From Desulfurococcaceae archaeon MEX13E-LK6-19 (GTDB lineage: Archaea > Thermoproteota > Thermoprotei_A > Sulfolobales > Desulfurococcaceae): a stretch of 32,000 nt of DNA. Numbering within the stretch: the first letter of the stretch is position 1; every line of letters starts with the position of its first letter. Of the stretch, positions 8,778 to 18,137 are shown one piece after another. Made by a program: the position numbers and the translations under genes. The notes under the pieces are model-generated. The model did not search any database. It had not been told where the DNA came from and worked only from the letters and a program-made list of their open reading frames with translations. The stretch covers positions 799,612-831,611 of the forward strand of contig CP072660.1 of NCBI GenBank assembly GCA_029637525.1, given 5' to 3'.

Positions 8778-9128
8778 ATGATAGAGATTAGGGATGTAGT
8801 TGAGCTGAAAAGAGCTTTGAACTTCTATAAAGTTGTTATTATCGAGTATTATGATCCTGATGATGAGGTGAGTCGTGAGTTCTCCAAAGCAGTAAAAATG
8901 CTTCAAAAACACCTTGATCCCGACGGTATTATACTTCGTGTGTCCACAAAAGAACATCCAGAGCTTGCTAGCGATGTAAAGACTATTCCTTGTCTAAGAG
9001 TGTATCTTAATGGTAAACTAGTGTTTGAACAGCAGGGTGGATTTGGTAATAGGGAACTCGATTTAACGGTTCTTAGGAGAAGTATAAGGCATACATTAAG
9101 AAGTCTGAATGTAGCATTTAGGATTTAA
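8778..9128 (+). CDS. Thioredoxin-fold protein lacking the CxxC active site
   Basis: The product is about 116 aa with a Trx-like beta-alpha-beta pattern. VVIIEYYDPDDEVS occupies the position of WCGPC. The cis-Pro loop IPCLRVYLNGKLV is retained. GAGGAGAGGG lies upstream of the ATG. Confidence 0.55.
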   Translation: MIEIRDVVELKRALNFYKVVIIEYYDPDDEVSREFSKAVKMLQKHLDPDGIILRVSTKEHPELASDVKTIPCLRVYLNGKLVFEQQGGFGNRELDLTVLRRSIRHTLRSLNVAFRI

Positions 9129-9149
9129 AAAACAAATTGTATACCAAAA

Positions 9150-9488
9150 TTAGACTTCTAGCTTGTCAAACTTATCTTCTCGCCATAACCTTCTTGCAAT
9201 TTCAAGGGCTTCCTTGACATTCTCTTCATTAACATCTTCTTCAAGTATACCCAGTATCTCCATTACAAAGGGATTAACGTTCCCTGGGCCCTCGATTAAA
9301 GTATCTCTAAGCCTCATGGCTATCTCTTTGAGTTCATCACCAGTATAAAGACCTGCACGATACTCGTGGATAAGGGTTTCAATTGCTGCTAAAAGATATC
9401 TGTTCCCCATATAGACATCAAGGTCTTCGTCGATATATTTTGAGAATACTTTCTTTATCTTTGCGACGACATCATCAACTCTCGTCAT
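9150..9488 (-). CDS. Hypothetical helical protein (112 aa), divergent from the thermosome gene
   Basis: The ORF has a GGTGG SD just upstream of the ATG on the minus strand. I recognise no motif. Confidence 0.55.
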   Translation of the reverse strand: MTRVDDVVAKIKKVFSKYIDEDLDVYMGNRYLLAAIETLIHEYRAGLYTGDELKEIAMRLRDTLIEGPGNVNPFVMEILGILEEDVNEENVKEALEIARRLWREDKFDKLEV

Positions 9489-9727
9489 GCTTTACCACCG
9501 TGACAACTCTTATGTTTATACACGTCTCTATCTTTTACCATGTATAGTTTTTGGAGCTTCTCTTAAAGCTGGTTATTCTCTATGATATTTAAGTTGAATA
9601 CTTGTGCTTCTGGTTAGATGTGGTGGAGCGACTATGCTTTTATATGAGTTAAGCTTATATAGAAGCGGTTTAATCAAAAACCAAAACGGAAGGTGATTGT
9701 GGAGCGAAAAAGGAGGTGTTGGAAAAC

Positions 9728-11374
9728 ATGGCCCTTTATGGTGTTCCTGTGCTCATACTCAAAGAGGGTACTCAGAGAACCTCTGGTAGAGACGCACTAA
9801 GAACAAACATCATGGCTGCCAGAGCTCTCGCTGAAGTACTAAAGACAAGTCTTGGTCCACGTGGACTAGACAAGATGCTTGTAGACAGTTTCGGCGACAT
9901 CACAGTTACGAATGATGGTGCAGCAATTGTCAAGGAGATGGAGGTACAGCATCCAGCAGCAAAGCTACTAGTAGAAGTAGCTAAGGCTCAGGACGCAGAG
10001 GTAGGTGATGGTACAACAACAGCTGTTGTACTAGCCGGTACACTCCTCGAAAAAGCTGAGGAGCTTCTTGACCAGAATATCCACCCAACAATCATAATTG
10101 AAGGATATGTAAAGGCTATGAGAGAAGCGTTAAAGATAATTGATGAAATCAGCATTAAAGTCAATCCTGAAGACAGAACCGTTCTAAGGAAGGTAGTAGA
10201 TACAGCTGTTTCAAGCAAGTACATTGGAAGTGGTGCTATTGAGGATAAACTGGCAAACATGGCTATCGACGCCATATTAACTGTTGCAGAGAAACAACCC
10301 GATGGTACATACAAGGTTAGACTAGACGACATAAAGATTGAGAAGAAGAAGGGTGGAAGCTTACTTGATACTCAGCTAGTCTACGGTATCGTTCTTGACA
10401 AAGAAGTTGTCCACCCTGGCATGCCTAGGAGAGTTGAGAAAGCCAAGATTGCACTGCTAGACGCACCACTAGAAGTAGAGAAACCAGAGATCACCGCAAA
10501 GATCAACATCACCAGCCCAGACTTGATAAAGAAGTTCCTAGATGAAGAAGCCAAGATACTCAAGGACATGGTTGAGAAGATTGCTGGTGTTGGTGCTAAT
10601 GTTGTGATTTGTCAGAAGGGTATTGATGAGGTTGCTCAGCACTTCCTAGCCAAGAAGGGCATACTAGCAGTAAGAAGAGTAAAGAGATCAGACATGGAGA
10701 AACTAGAAAGAGCAACAGGAGGAAAGATAGTCTCCAGCGTAAGAGACCTCAAACCAGAAGACCTTGGTTATGCTGAGCTTGTTGAAGAGAGACGTGTAGG
10801 CAACGACAAAATGGTGTTCATTGAGGGCTGCAAGAACCCCAAGGCAGTAACAATTCTACTAAGAGGAGCAAACGACATGGTTCTAGATGAGGTTGAGAGA
10901 AGCCTCCAGGATGCACTACATGTACTAAGGAACGTGCTTAGAGAGCCAAAGATACTACCTGGTGGCGGTGCACCAGAAGTAGAGCTTGCTATGAGGCTAA
11001 GAGAGTTTGCCCAGAAAGTAGGTGGTAAAGAACAGCTAGCTATTGAGGCATTCGCTAATGCTATCGAGGAGATACCAATGATACTAGCTGAAACAGCAGG
11101 TCTAGACCCACTCGAGACACTCATGAAGCTAAGGCAGTTACACAGTGAAGGAAAGATCAATGCTGGCATCAACGTACTTGAATCAAAAGTAGAGGAAGAC
11201 ATGATCAAGATCAATGTTGTCGAGCCAGCAATAGTCAAGAAACAAGTACTAAAGAGCGCTACAGAGGCAGCAACAACAATACTAAAGATCGACGACATAA
11301 TCGCTGCATCACCACTCAAGAAAGAGAAAGAAAAGAAAGGCGAAGAAGAAACTCCAGGCAAGTTCAAGTTTTAA
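9728..11374 (+). CDS. ths: Thermosome subunit (group II chaperonin)
   Basis: Motifs [23 protein letters not shown] and LPGGGAPE are present. The C-terminal tail is K/E-rich. ATG 9728 is preferred, with a GGAGGTG SD at 9712-9718. The ORF-track start GTG 9716 is in the same frame. Confidence 0.93.
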   Translation: MALYGVPVLILKEGTQRTSGRDALRTNIMAARALAEVLKTSLGPRGLDKMLVDSFGDITVTNDGAAIVKEMEVQHPAAKLLVEVAKAQDAEVGDGTTTAVVLAGTLLEKAEELLDQNIHPTIIIEGYVKAMREALKIIDEISIKVNPEDRTVLRKVVDTAVSSKYIGSGAIEDKLANMAIDAILTVAEKQPDGTYKVRLDDIKIEKKKGGSLLDTQLVYGIVLDKEVVHPGMPRRVEKAKIALLDAPLEVEKPEITAKINITSPDLIKKFLDEEAKILKDMVEKIAGVGANVVICQKGIDEVAQHFLAKKGILAVRRVKRSDMEKLERATGGKIVSSVRDLKPEDLGYAELVEERRVGNDKMVFIEGCKNPKAVTILLRGANDMVLDEVERSLQDALHVLRNVLREPKILPGGGAPEVELAMRLREFAQKVGGKEQLAIEAFANAIEEIPMILAETAGLDPLETLMKLRQLHSEGKINAGINVLESKVEEDMIKINVVEPAIVKKQVLKSATEAATTILKIDDIIAASPLKKEKEKKGEEETPGKFKF

Positions 11375-11402
11375 TGAAATAAAATAGTGTGAACTAGATT
11401 AG

Positions 11403-11408
11403 TTTTTT
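11403..11408 (+). terminator. Oligo-T tract (T6) 29 nt after the thermosome stop
   Basis: Archaeal RNAP terminates at oligo-T stretches. TTTTTT lies just downstream of the TAA at 11372-11374. Confidence 0.3.
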
Positions 11409-11477
11409 AAACCTTATATTACATTTCCTTTCTAGTATAGTTTTCTAGGCATGGAGAGATGCAAGGTGTTTTAATAC

Positions 11478-11780
11478 ATGAGCGGTCGCGAAGAAACAAT
11501 AATAGGGCCTCCAAAGCTTACACGATTCGAGATCGCTAGAATAGTTGGTGCGAGAGCGCTACAGTTATCACTCGGAGCACCCCCTTTAGTAGACGTGTCT
11601 AAAGCTCCTGCGAGGGATCCTGTAGCAATAGCTTTAGTAGAGCTTGAAGAGGGTGTATTACCTATAACGATACACAGGATGAGATCAGATGGCTCAAGCC
11701 GACGTGTACCCCTCAGAAAGCTACTCCCGGGATCTAGAGAGTTTATACGCCGTACTCTCAAGAGCTGGAATCTATATTAG
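11478..11780 (+). CDS. rpoK: DNA-directed RNA polymerase subunit K (Rpo6/omega-like)
   Basis: The conserved core is [25 protein letters not shown]...[24 protein letters not shown]. The last roughly 30 codons overlap the next ORF. Confidence 0.85.
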   Translation: MSGREETIIGPPKLTRFEIARIVGARALQLSLGAPPLVDVSKAPARDPVAIALVELEEGVLPITIHRMRSDGSSRRVPLRKLLPGSREFIRRTLKSWNLY

Positions 11781-12870
11781 AGAATCAAGAACCTATATGT
11801 CTTCTAAAGGCAACGTGATTATTGATTTTATTATAGACAAGCCTTGTGATGATACATTATTTGAAAAAGTATACAGAGAGTTATCGAAGAGAAAATTTAT
11901 CGTGTTTCAATTCGTTACTGCTGAAGGCCCTGTCCTTCGTGTGACTAGATACGAGGAAAAAAGTGATCTCTTGAAGAAGATGATATTATTAGGGTTAACA
12001 CTTGTAACAGTATGGCTTACTGGATACTGGCTTACACTAGGCTTTGTTGAACTCAAGAGAGTTCTTGGTTATAGTACGGCCTTAGAAGATCCCTTCATAT
12101 GGGGTCTCATATATACACTAGCATTCTTAGGAGTACTTGCAATGCATGAGTATGGGCATATTATTGTTTCGAAGAGATACGCTGTGCCGATAGCGGGACC
12201 CTACTTTATACCTGCTCCACCGGCTCAGCTAGGATTCATTGGTACACTAGGCTCGGTAATTAGTATGAAAAACCTGCCGCCAAGTAGAAGAAGTCTTATA
12301 CTCTTGGGGCTATCGGGACCCATAGCAGGGTTCATAGGAGCAATTGTTATCTCCTGGATAGGGATAACGTTATCTATCACCATGCCTGTTGATAAAGCTA
12401 TGCAGTTATTTGAAGAAGGGGAAATTACTGCATTTCCATATATGCCCTTGATAATGGTCTTAATGATGTTGTTTACTAGTGTTAAAGAGGGATATGTACT
12501 AGTACTTCATCCACTTGCATTTGCTGGATTTATAGTGTTTATTGTGACATTTCTTAACCTTATGCCGATAGGGCAACTTGATGGAGGCCATGTAATTAGG
12601 GGGTTTTCTTCACCTAAAACTCATGAGCTAGCTGGATACATAGTAATAATGTTGTTGATTATTGCGGGTATTTTAACATTCAATATTGGTGGGTACGCCT
12701 ATTTATTCATGGCGGGTATCTTGCTGGTACTCAAAATAGTGGTTGGCTCGAAACCCCATCCGGGCCCTGCCAACATGCTTTCAAATATAAGTAAAAAGGA
12801 CTATGCTTTATTGCTTCTATATGTACTATTAGTAGTATTGACGCTACCTCTGCCTATAGCAGGTTGGTGA
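11689..12870 (+). CDS. M50-family site-2 protease-like membrane metalloprotease
   Basis: HEYGH (HExxH) lies in a TM segment, and [12 protein letters not shown] matches the NxxPxxxLDG motif. Multiple TM helices are present. The start is either ATG 11689 (92-nt overlap with rpoK) or ATG 11797. Confidence 0.8.
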   Translation: MAQADVYPSESYSRDLESLYAVLSRAGIYIRESRTYMSSKGNVIIDFIIDKPCDDTLFEKVYRELSKRKFIVFQFVTAEGPVLRVTRYEEKSDLLKKMILLGLTLVTVWLTGYWLTLGFVELKRVLGYSTALEDPFIWGLIYTLAFLGVLAMHEYGHIIVSKRYAVPIAGPYFIPAPPAQLGFIGTLGSVISMKNLPPSRRSLILLGLSGPIAGFIGAIVISWIGITLSITMPVDKAMQLFEEGEITAFPYMPLIMVLMMLFTSVKEGYVLVLHPLAFAGFIVFIVTFLNLMPIGQLDGGHVIRGFSSPKTHELAGYIVIMLLIIAGILTFNIGGYAYLFMAGILLVLKIVVGSKPHPGPANMLSNISKKDYALLLLYVLLVVLTLPLPIAGW

Positions 12871-12880
12871 ACATAAAGCT

Positions 12881-15022
12881 ATGTCAAAAACACGTTTTGC
12901 AGCAACACTATTAGATTACTTAAGAAAAGCGCAGGAGAGTAAGATAGAGAAAGAGAAAACAGTATATCGTCAAGCTATTGTAAAACGAGTTAGTATACTC
13001 GATTTGAAGGGCAATATTGTTGTTATCGCGGAGAAACCCAAGGCTGCCAAGAAAATCTATGAAGCACTATCATACCTGGGCTATGGAAAGGTCTATAGGT
13101 ACAGTAATATACCGTACTGGGTTATCAAAAAAGGAGTACTTACAATAACGATAACGCCTGCGGCAGGTCATTTATTTGGATTAGATACCGATGAAAGAGG
13201 ATACCCTGTATTCACATATGTATGGAAACCACTTTACATGATTGAAAAGGATGCATCACATACAAGGAAGTTTATTGAATTATTAAGGAAGATTTGTAGC
13301 AACGGAGACTACTACATCAATGCTTGCGACTACGACATAGAGGGATCGGTAATAGGTTTCATGGTGATAAAAAACTTCGGTGATGTAAATAAATGCTATA
13401 GAGCAAAATTCTCTAGTCTAACAAAAACAGAGCTAAGACAAGCATTCAACAATCTTACTAGTCTCGACTGGAATATGGTTGAAGCAGGTTTATGCCGCCA
13501 TGAACTTGACTGGATATGGGGTATTAATGTTAGTAGAGCACTGATGGATAGTGTGTATAGTGTTTCGGGGAAAAGAATAGTTCTTAGTGCTGGACGCGTA
13601 CAGACGCCGACGTTAAGATATGTTGTCGAAAACAATATTGCTAGAAACTTGTTCATACCATTACCACAATACACTATATCTGTATCAATACTTGTTGGCG
13701 ATATGAAGTATCAACTGGAATACAAAGGCCCTCTTATTGAGACTAGGAGGCAAGCCGAGTATATACGAGACAAACTAAGAGAGTCAAGAGTACTTGTTGT
13801 AGAGGATTATAGGGAAGATGTAAGAAAACTTAACCCACCTCCCCCATTCAACCTTGGTGACCTCCAAGAAGAAGCGGCAAAGATCTATAAGTTTAGTCCA
13901 TATAAAACACAATCTATAGCAGAGAAACTATATCTTAGTGCATACATAAGCTACCCGAGGACAAACAGCCAAAAACTTCCTCCAACACTAGATTATAGAG
14001 GCATACTTGATAATCTTGCAAAAATTTATCAATACAATGCTCTTGTGAAAACGCTCTTGCAGGAGACACGTGGTGTATTAAAACCCGTCCAGGGACCCAA
14101 GGAGGACCCGGCTCATCCAGCAATATATCCCACCGGTATAATACCCCAAAAATTGAGTTCTGATGAACAGAAGATATATGATTTGATCGTCAGGAGGTTC
14201 TTAGCGGTTTTTGCACCACCTGCAAGAATAGCTCATAAAACTATTGTCTTGAAGCCTCTGACGATCAATGGTAATATAAGTTTTCAATTAACTGGCCAAA
14301 AAATAGTGTATTTAGGATGGCTAAGATACTATTACTTCCATAAACCATCTGAACAAGGGGCTCCTACACTTGAAGTCGGCGAAAAAGTGAGAATACTATC
14401 AGTCTCTATAAGAAGAGTCTTCACAAAACCTCCTGAGAAGCTATCGCGTATTAAGATCCTTAGATGGATGGAGTCTAATAATATTGGTACTGAGGCGACT
14501 AGAGCACGAATAATAGAGTTGTTGTTCAAACGAAAATATCTCAAGAGCACGGGTGGTGCAACGGAAGCAACAAGTCTTGGACAAGGTGTTATAGAGGTTT
14601 TGACGGAGTACTTCAGTGAGTTAACAAGTGTAGAGCTTACCAGGAAGTTCGAGAACTACTTAGAAGAAATAAGGATTATGAAGCGTAGAAGAGAGGAGGT
14701 AATAAATGAAGCTAAGAAGACTCTTTTGGAACTACTTAGGAGATTTGATGAAAAGAAGAAAGAAGTCGGTCTAAAACTTGCTTGGAGACTAGGTATAATG
14801 GATCCTCCGGAGAAATGTTTGTTGTGTAATAGGGAAGTGTATAGAGAAAACCTTTGTATATATCATTTTAAGGCGCTTGAGGCGCTCAAGGAGATGTATA
14901 GTGAATGGAGGAGACGTGAGGGAGTCAACTGGGAACAGTACGTTAGGGAACTAGCTAAACTTAAATCAACCGGTAAGTGGGTTCGCGAAGTAATTAAAGA
15001 GATTATAATGAGAAAAATTTGA
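12881..15022 (+). CDS. topA: Type IA DNA topoisomerase (archaeal Topo I/III type)
   Basis: TOPRIM motifs are present (VVIAEKPKAAKKI and DYDIEGS). GRVQTPTL is present. The catalytic Tyr sits in the context YISYPRTNSQ. A C-terminal Cys/His cluster is CLLCN...CIYH. Confidence 0.9.
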   Translation: MSKTRFAATLLDYLRKAQESKIEKEKTVYRQAIVKRVSILDLKGNIVVIAEKPKAAKKIYEALSYLGYGKVYRYSNIPYWVIKKGVLTITITPAAGHLFGLDTDERGYPVFTYVWKPLYMIEKDASHTRKFIELLRKICSNGDYYINACDYDIEGSVIGFMVIKNFGDVNKCYRAKFSSLTKTELRQAFNNLTSLDWNMVEAGLCRHELDWIWGINVSRALMDSVYSVSGKRIVLSAGRVQTPTLRYVVENNIARNLFIPLPQYTISVSILVGDMKYQLEYKGPLIETRRQAEYIRDKLRESRVLVVEDYREDVRKLNPPPPFNLGDLQEEAAKIYKFSPYKTQSIAEKLYLSAYISYPRTNSQKLPPTLDYRGILDNLAKIYQYNALVKTLLQETRGVLKPVQGPKEDPAHPAIYPTGIIPQKLSSDEQKIYDLIVRRFLAVFAPPARIAHKTIVLKPLTINGNISFQLTGQKIVYLGWLRYYYFHKPSEQGAPTLEVGEKVRILSVSIRRVFTKPPEKLSRIKILRWMESNNIGTEATRARIIELLFKRKYLKSTGGATEATSLGQGVIEVLTEYFSELTSVELTRKFENYLEEIRIMKRRREEVINEAKKTLLELLRRFDEKKKEVGLKLAWRLGIMDPPEKCLLCNREVYRENLCIYHFKALEALKEMYSEWRRREGVNWEQYVRELAKLKSTGKWVREVIKEIIMRKI

Positions 15023-15463
15023 TCACTTGTTTATCCAAAGAGTGTAATAGCCTATATAGGGTATTTTTAGTACTGTGTTATCCCCTATTTCAACGACTTT
15101 TCCCTTCACTTTATCATAAGGGACGCCCGGCTCATAATACGGATCTATGACAAAATTGTTGTCTCCTTTCGTTACATAGTATGTTTTTCCGTTTTGATGG
15201 ATCACCTTAATTACTCTATGTATGATGTACTTGCCTCTATACTCGTAAACAATTACGTCTCCAACATGAATGTCTTCTGGGGAAACTTTTTTAATAAATA
15301 CTATATCGCCTTCTCTTAATAGAGGAAACATGCTTTTTCCTTCAACAACAGCTATTGGGACATCGGTTCCTGTTACCGCTGGTAATATGATAAACCTGGT
15401 AGCGAGTATGATGATTACTATTGCTATAAAAAACATGTACTCTAAGTGTTTCTTCTTTAACAA
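15023..15463 (-). CDS. Signal peptidase I, archaeal/ER Sec11 (S26B) type
   Basis: An N-terminal TM anchor is present. The catalytic Ser box is GKSMFPLL, the His box is IIHRVI, and the GDNN box is TKGDNNFVID. The alternative start is ATG 15436. Confidence 0.8.
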   Translation of the reverse strand: MLKKKHLEYMFFIAIVIIILATRFIILPAVTGTDVPIAVVEGKSMFPLLREGDIVFIKKVSPEDIHVGDVIVYEYRGKYIIHRVIKVIHQNGKTYYVTKGDNNFVIDPYYEPGVPYDKVKGKVVEIGDNTVLKIPYIGYYTLWINK

Positions 15464-15482
15464 TGTAGCTTATACACCCTTG

Positions 15483-15794
15483 TTATATTTCTTCTTCATC
15501 AAGTTCATCAAGATCGCTTAAATCGAGCTCGATGATTTTTGGTGGGCGTTTTTCTTCTTCCTCTTCTTTGATCTCCTTACCGCCTACTTCGATACTGGAC
15601 CCGCCTACTTTGATCTTACTGACTACACCCCTCCATTTATGTCCGCATTTTGGGCACTCGAAGCTACCCATTATGGTAATTGTTATTCTGCCTTTCCTAT
15701 CAGGTATTGGTGCAACTAATTGCCATGTCTTAACGGGTTCTTCTACTTCGGTACCGCACCTAGGACAGGTAATCTTCTTTTTCCTAGGCAACAT
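15483..15794 (-). CDS. Zn-ribbon protein with an acidic C-terminal tail
   Basis: CPRCG...CPKCG form a 4-Cys ribbon. The tail is KEEEEEKRPPKIIELDLSDLDELDEEEI. ATG 15794 is preceded by GGTG. The ORF-track start 15800 (GTG) is in the same frame. Confidence 0.6.
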   Translation of the reverse strand: MLPRKKKITCPRCGTEVEEPVKTWQLVAPIPDRKGRITITIMGSFECPKCGHKWRGVVSKIKVGGSSIEVGGKEIKEEEEEKRPPKIIELDLSDLDELDEEEI

Positions 15795-15858
15795 CAACAC
15801 CGTTTCTCTATTTTAACTAGACAATAGTGTATGGTATTGTATGATATAAACTCTTCCT

Positions 15859-16227
15859 CTATGACAACAATGTAGAGTAGTACCATACAATCATAGACAA
15901 CATGATTTCAACTACTATGATGTGTATGATATCACTAAGCCTAGTATTTAGATACTTTTGTAGCAAAGAGTGCTTGATCGCTACCAGTGACGTAATCCAT
16001 AGAGCTAGGACAAGTATTGAAAAAATAAGGCAAAGCCCCTGGTAAAATTGGTACAGCGTATAGAATGGTGGTAAAAGCAAGCCATAAATAAATGCGGAGT
16101 ATAGAGGACGGCTCTTCATATTCTTGGTAAGAAAGATATAGAGCAAAGGATAAGCTAGCATGAACACGGCTATTAATGCTAACGAGATTTTATGTAATGA
16201 TTCAGCACCATTAATACTCATATACAT
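15859..16227 (-). CDS. Hypothetical integral membrane protein (about 4 TM)
   Basis: The ORF is hydrophobic. The internal start ATG 16227 (MYMSING...) is preferred because the longer ORF (to 16338) would overlap the enolase start and encodes a non-membrane, low-quality N-terminus. Confidence 0.5.
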   Translation of the reverse strand: MYMSINGAESLHKISLALIAVFMLAYPLLYIFLTKNMKSRPLYSAFIYGLLLPPFYTLYQFYQGLCLIFSILVLALWITSLVAIKHSLLQKYLNTRLSDIIHIIVVEIMLSMIVWYYSTLLS

Positions 16228-16292
16228 CCTCCGCTCTCTACTAGGGTTAGGTGAAGTATATGCAGTACGTACATGTGCTTGTTGCGGACGAG

Positions 16293-17579
16293 ATGTTCCG
16301 TATAAAAGATGTTCGCGCCCGGCAAATATTAGATTCACGTGGAAACCCGACGGTACAGGTCATAGTAGCTACAGAAGGTGGAGGAGTAGGTATCGCGGCA
16401 GCACCATCAGGCGCCTCAACAGGGACCCACGAGGCTGTAGAAGTTCGTGACGGTGGAAAAGATTATCATGGTAAAGGCGTCTCTAAAGCTGTCTACAATG
16501 TTAACAATGTGATAGCTCCAGCCATTAAGGGCATGGATAGTAGGAGACAGAGAAGTATAGACAGAAAAATGATAAACCTTGATGGAACCCCCAATAAGAG
16601 TAAACTGGGAGGAAACGCTATTGTTGCAACAAGTCTAGCTGTAGCTAAAGCGGCTGCATCAACCTATGATATGCCTTTATACATGTATCTTGGTGGAGCT
16701 AGTGCTAGAACATTACCTGTACCGCTAATGAACATTATCAATGGAGGTGTTCACGCAGGTAACAAGCTTGATTTCCAGGAATTCATGATAGTCCCAGCAG
16801 GCTTCAGCAGTTTCTCTGAAGCAATAAAAGCAGCTGTAGAGACATACCATGAGTTAAAGAAGCTCTTGAAGGAAAAGTATGGTTTACTGGCAATAAATGT
16901 TGGCGATGAGGGCGGTTTCGCGCCGCCAATGGAGAATATACGTGAAGCACTAGACGCCCTAATCAACGCCATAAAGGCTGCTGGATACAGTCCTGGAACA
17001 GACATAGCACTAGCTCTAGACGTTGCTTCAAGCCAGTTCTATGACGAGAAAGAAAAAGTGTACGTACTAGAGGGCAAGAAGTATACGTGGAACGAGCTAC
17101 TCGACCTATACAAAGCTCTTGTAGACGAGTATCCTATAGTCAGTATCGAAGACCCATTCTATGAGGAGGACTTCGAGGCATTCAAAGAGATCACAAAAGA
17201 GCTAGGTAATAAGATATTGATTGTAGGAGACGACTTGTTTACAACAAACCCTGCTAGACTCAGAAAAGGAGTAGAAATAGGTGCAGCCAACGCTATTCTA
17301 GTTAAAGTGAACCAGGTTGGTACACTCACCGAGACAATGGATGTAATTGAGATAGCGAGACAAAGCAGCTACAAGGCAATAATAAGTCACAGAAGTGGAG
17401 AGACAGAAGATACGACCATAGCAGATCTTGCTGTAGCTTTCGGAACAGGGTTGATAAAAACAGGAGCACCTGCTAGAGGAGAAAGAACAGCCAAGTACAA
17501 CAGATTACTGGCTATAGAAGAAGAACTCGATGACCCGTTCTATCCAGGGTTTACAGTATTTCCAAGGAAACCAAAGTAG
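16293..17579 (+). CDS. eno: Enolase (phosphopyruvate hydratase)
   Basis: Motifs ILDSRGNPTV, SGASTGTHEA, GDDLFTTNP, SHRSGETED and KTGAPARGERTAKYN are present. ATG 16293 (MFRIKDVRARQ...) gives the canonical N-terminus. Confidence 0.95.
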   Translation: MFRIKDVRARQILDSRGNPTVQVIVATEGGGVGIAAAPSGASTGTHEAVEVRDGGKDYHGKGVSKAVYNVNNVIAPAIKGMDSRRQRSIDRKMINLDGTPNKSKLGGNAIVATSLAVAKAAASTYDMPLYMYLGGASARTLPVPLMNIINGGVHAGNKLDFQEFMIVPAGFSSFSEAIKAAVETYHELKKLLKEKYGLLAINVGDEGGFAPPMENIREALDALINAIKAAGYSPGTDIALALDVASSQFYDEKEKVYVLEGKKYTWNELLDLYKALVDEYPIVSIEDPFYEEDFEAFKEITKELGNKILIVGDDLFTTNPARLRKGVEIGAANAILVKVNQVGTLTETMDVIEIARQSSYKAIISHRSGETEDTTIADLAVAFGTGLIKTGAPARGERTAKYNRLLAIEEELDDPFYPGFTVFPRKPK

Positions 17580-17590
17580 GCTCTTTACAC

Positions 17591-17610
17591 ATTAAAAACA
17601 TTGTCTTTTT
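17591..17610. terminator. Possible bidirectional oligo-T/oligo-A terminators between convergent genes
   Basis: AAAAA (17594-17598, equal to T5 on the minus strand) and TTTTT (17606-17610) lie in the 59-nt spacer between the enolase stop and the stop of the minus-strand small membrane protein. Confidence 0.3.
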
Positions 17611-17638
17611 AACACATCATGTTTTATGTATTGGAATG

Positions 17639-17884
17639 TTAGGGTAAGACTATACCAACTATTATTAGCGATACTGCTAGGAATACTATGAATTTCAGGA
17701 ACTCGCTAGGAGTCATCTTGGGTAGCTGCTTTATGATATTCACTAAGAACCATACAGCAAACCCTAGTCCAATACCTAATAGTATCAGAATACCAGCTAA
17801 CACGAAGGCAGTACCTATTCCTTGTGCTCCACCAAATATGCTTCCTATCGCTGATAAGGCGTTACTCAAAGACTCGAGTCCCAT
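17639..17884 (-). CDS. Small hydrophobic membrane protein (about 81 aa, 3 TM)
   Basis: ATG 17884 is preceded by a GAGGTGG SD. The sequence contains G/A/I/L-rich TM segments. The ORF-track extension to 17944 lacks an SD. Confidence 0.5.
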   Translation of the reverse strand: MGLESLSNALSAIGSIFGGAQGIGTAFVLAGILILLGIGLGFAVWFLVNIIKQLPKMTPSEFLKFIVFLAVSLIIVGIVLP

Positions 17885-17958
17885 TATTTTCCACCTCATT
17901 GGATTAGTGTGTTTTGAGAAGAGTAGATAAAACCCAGGATACATAACACTATATGGGT

Positions 17959-18028
17959 GTGATGAGGGTTAAAAGCGTGGTAGCCCGGTCCTCTTAGGCC
18001 GGGGCGATGCCAGGAACCAGGCTGCTGA
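17959..18028 (+). ncRNA. Candidate C/D-box-like structured small RNA (70 nt)
   Basis: GTGATGA lies at 17959-17965 and CTGA at 18025-18028. A central GC hairpin is formed by CCCGG 17984-17988 with CCGGG 17999-18003, extended by CCT/AGG. A GATG (C'-like) lies at 18006-18009. The element is a GC-rich island in the 193-nt spacer upstream of cdvA. Confidence 0.35.
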
Positions 18029-18077
18029 TTTAACCTCGCACCATAATACTGTATCTTTGCTAATGATGTGTCTCTTC

Positions 18078-18086
18078 TTTTATAAA
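18078..18086 (+). promoter_or_regulatory. TATA-like box (TTTTATAAA) upstream of cdvA
   Basis: It matches the archaeal TATA consensus and is centred about 56 nt upstream of ATG 18138. This implies a 5' UTR of about 30 nt. Confidence 0.35.
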
Positions 18087-18137
18087 GCTAGTATTGTCGA
18101 GCTACTGGTTAGAACCTATGCATGAGGGGTCTCCGGG

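Noticed and set aside
9623-9707. A direct 9-mer repeat GTGGAGCGA (9623-9631 and 9699-9707) flanks the TATA-like boxes upstream of the thermosome gene. I considered it as a possible heat-shock operator.
   Set aside because: Chance recurrence of some 9-mer within a 230-bp spacer is about 10%. There is no dyad symmetry and no third copy in the window.
15017-15028. The topA stop and the signal-peptidase stop abut with zero spacer, forming the palindrome TGATCA (15020-15025).
   Set aside because: This is probably just genome compaction. It implies overlapping convergent 3' ends but nothing more specific can be supported.
16228-16338. The ORF-track N-terminal extensions make enolase (from 16251) and the minus-strand membrane protein (to 16338) overlap head-to-head by 88 nt.
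   Set aside because: Enolase alignment logic (MFRIKDVRARQILDSRGNPTV) supports ATG 16293. The membrane protein's extension is non-hydrophobic and Arg/Pro-rich. The internal starts at 16293 and 16227 leave a normal 65-bp divergent promoter region.
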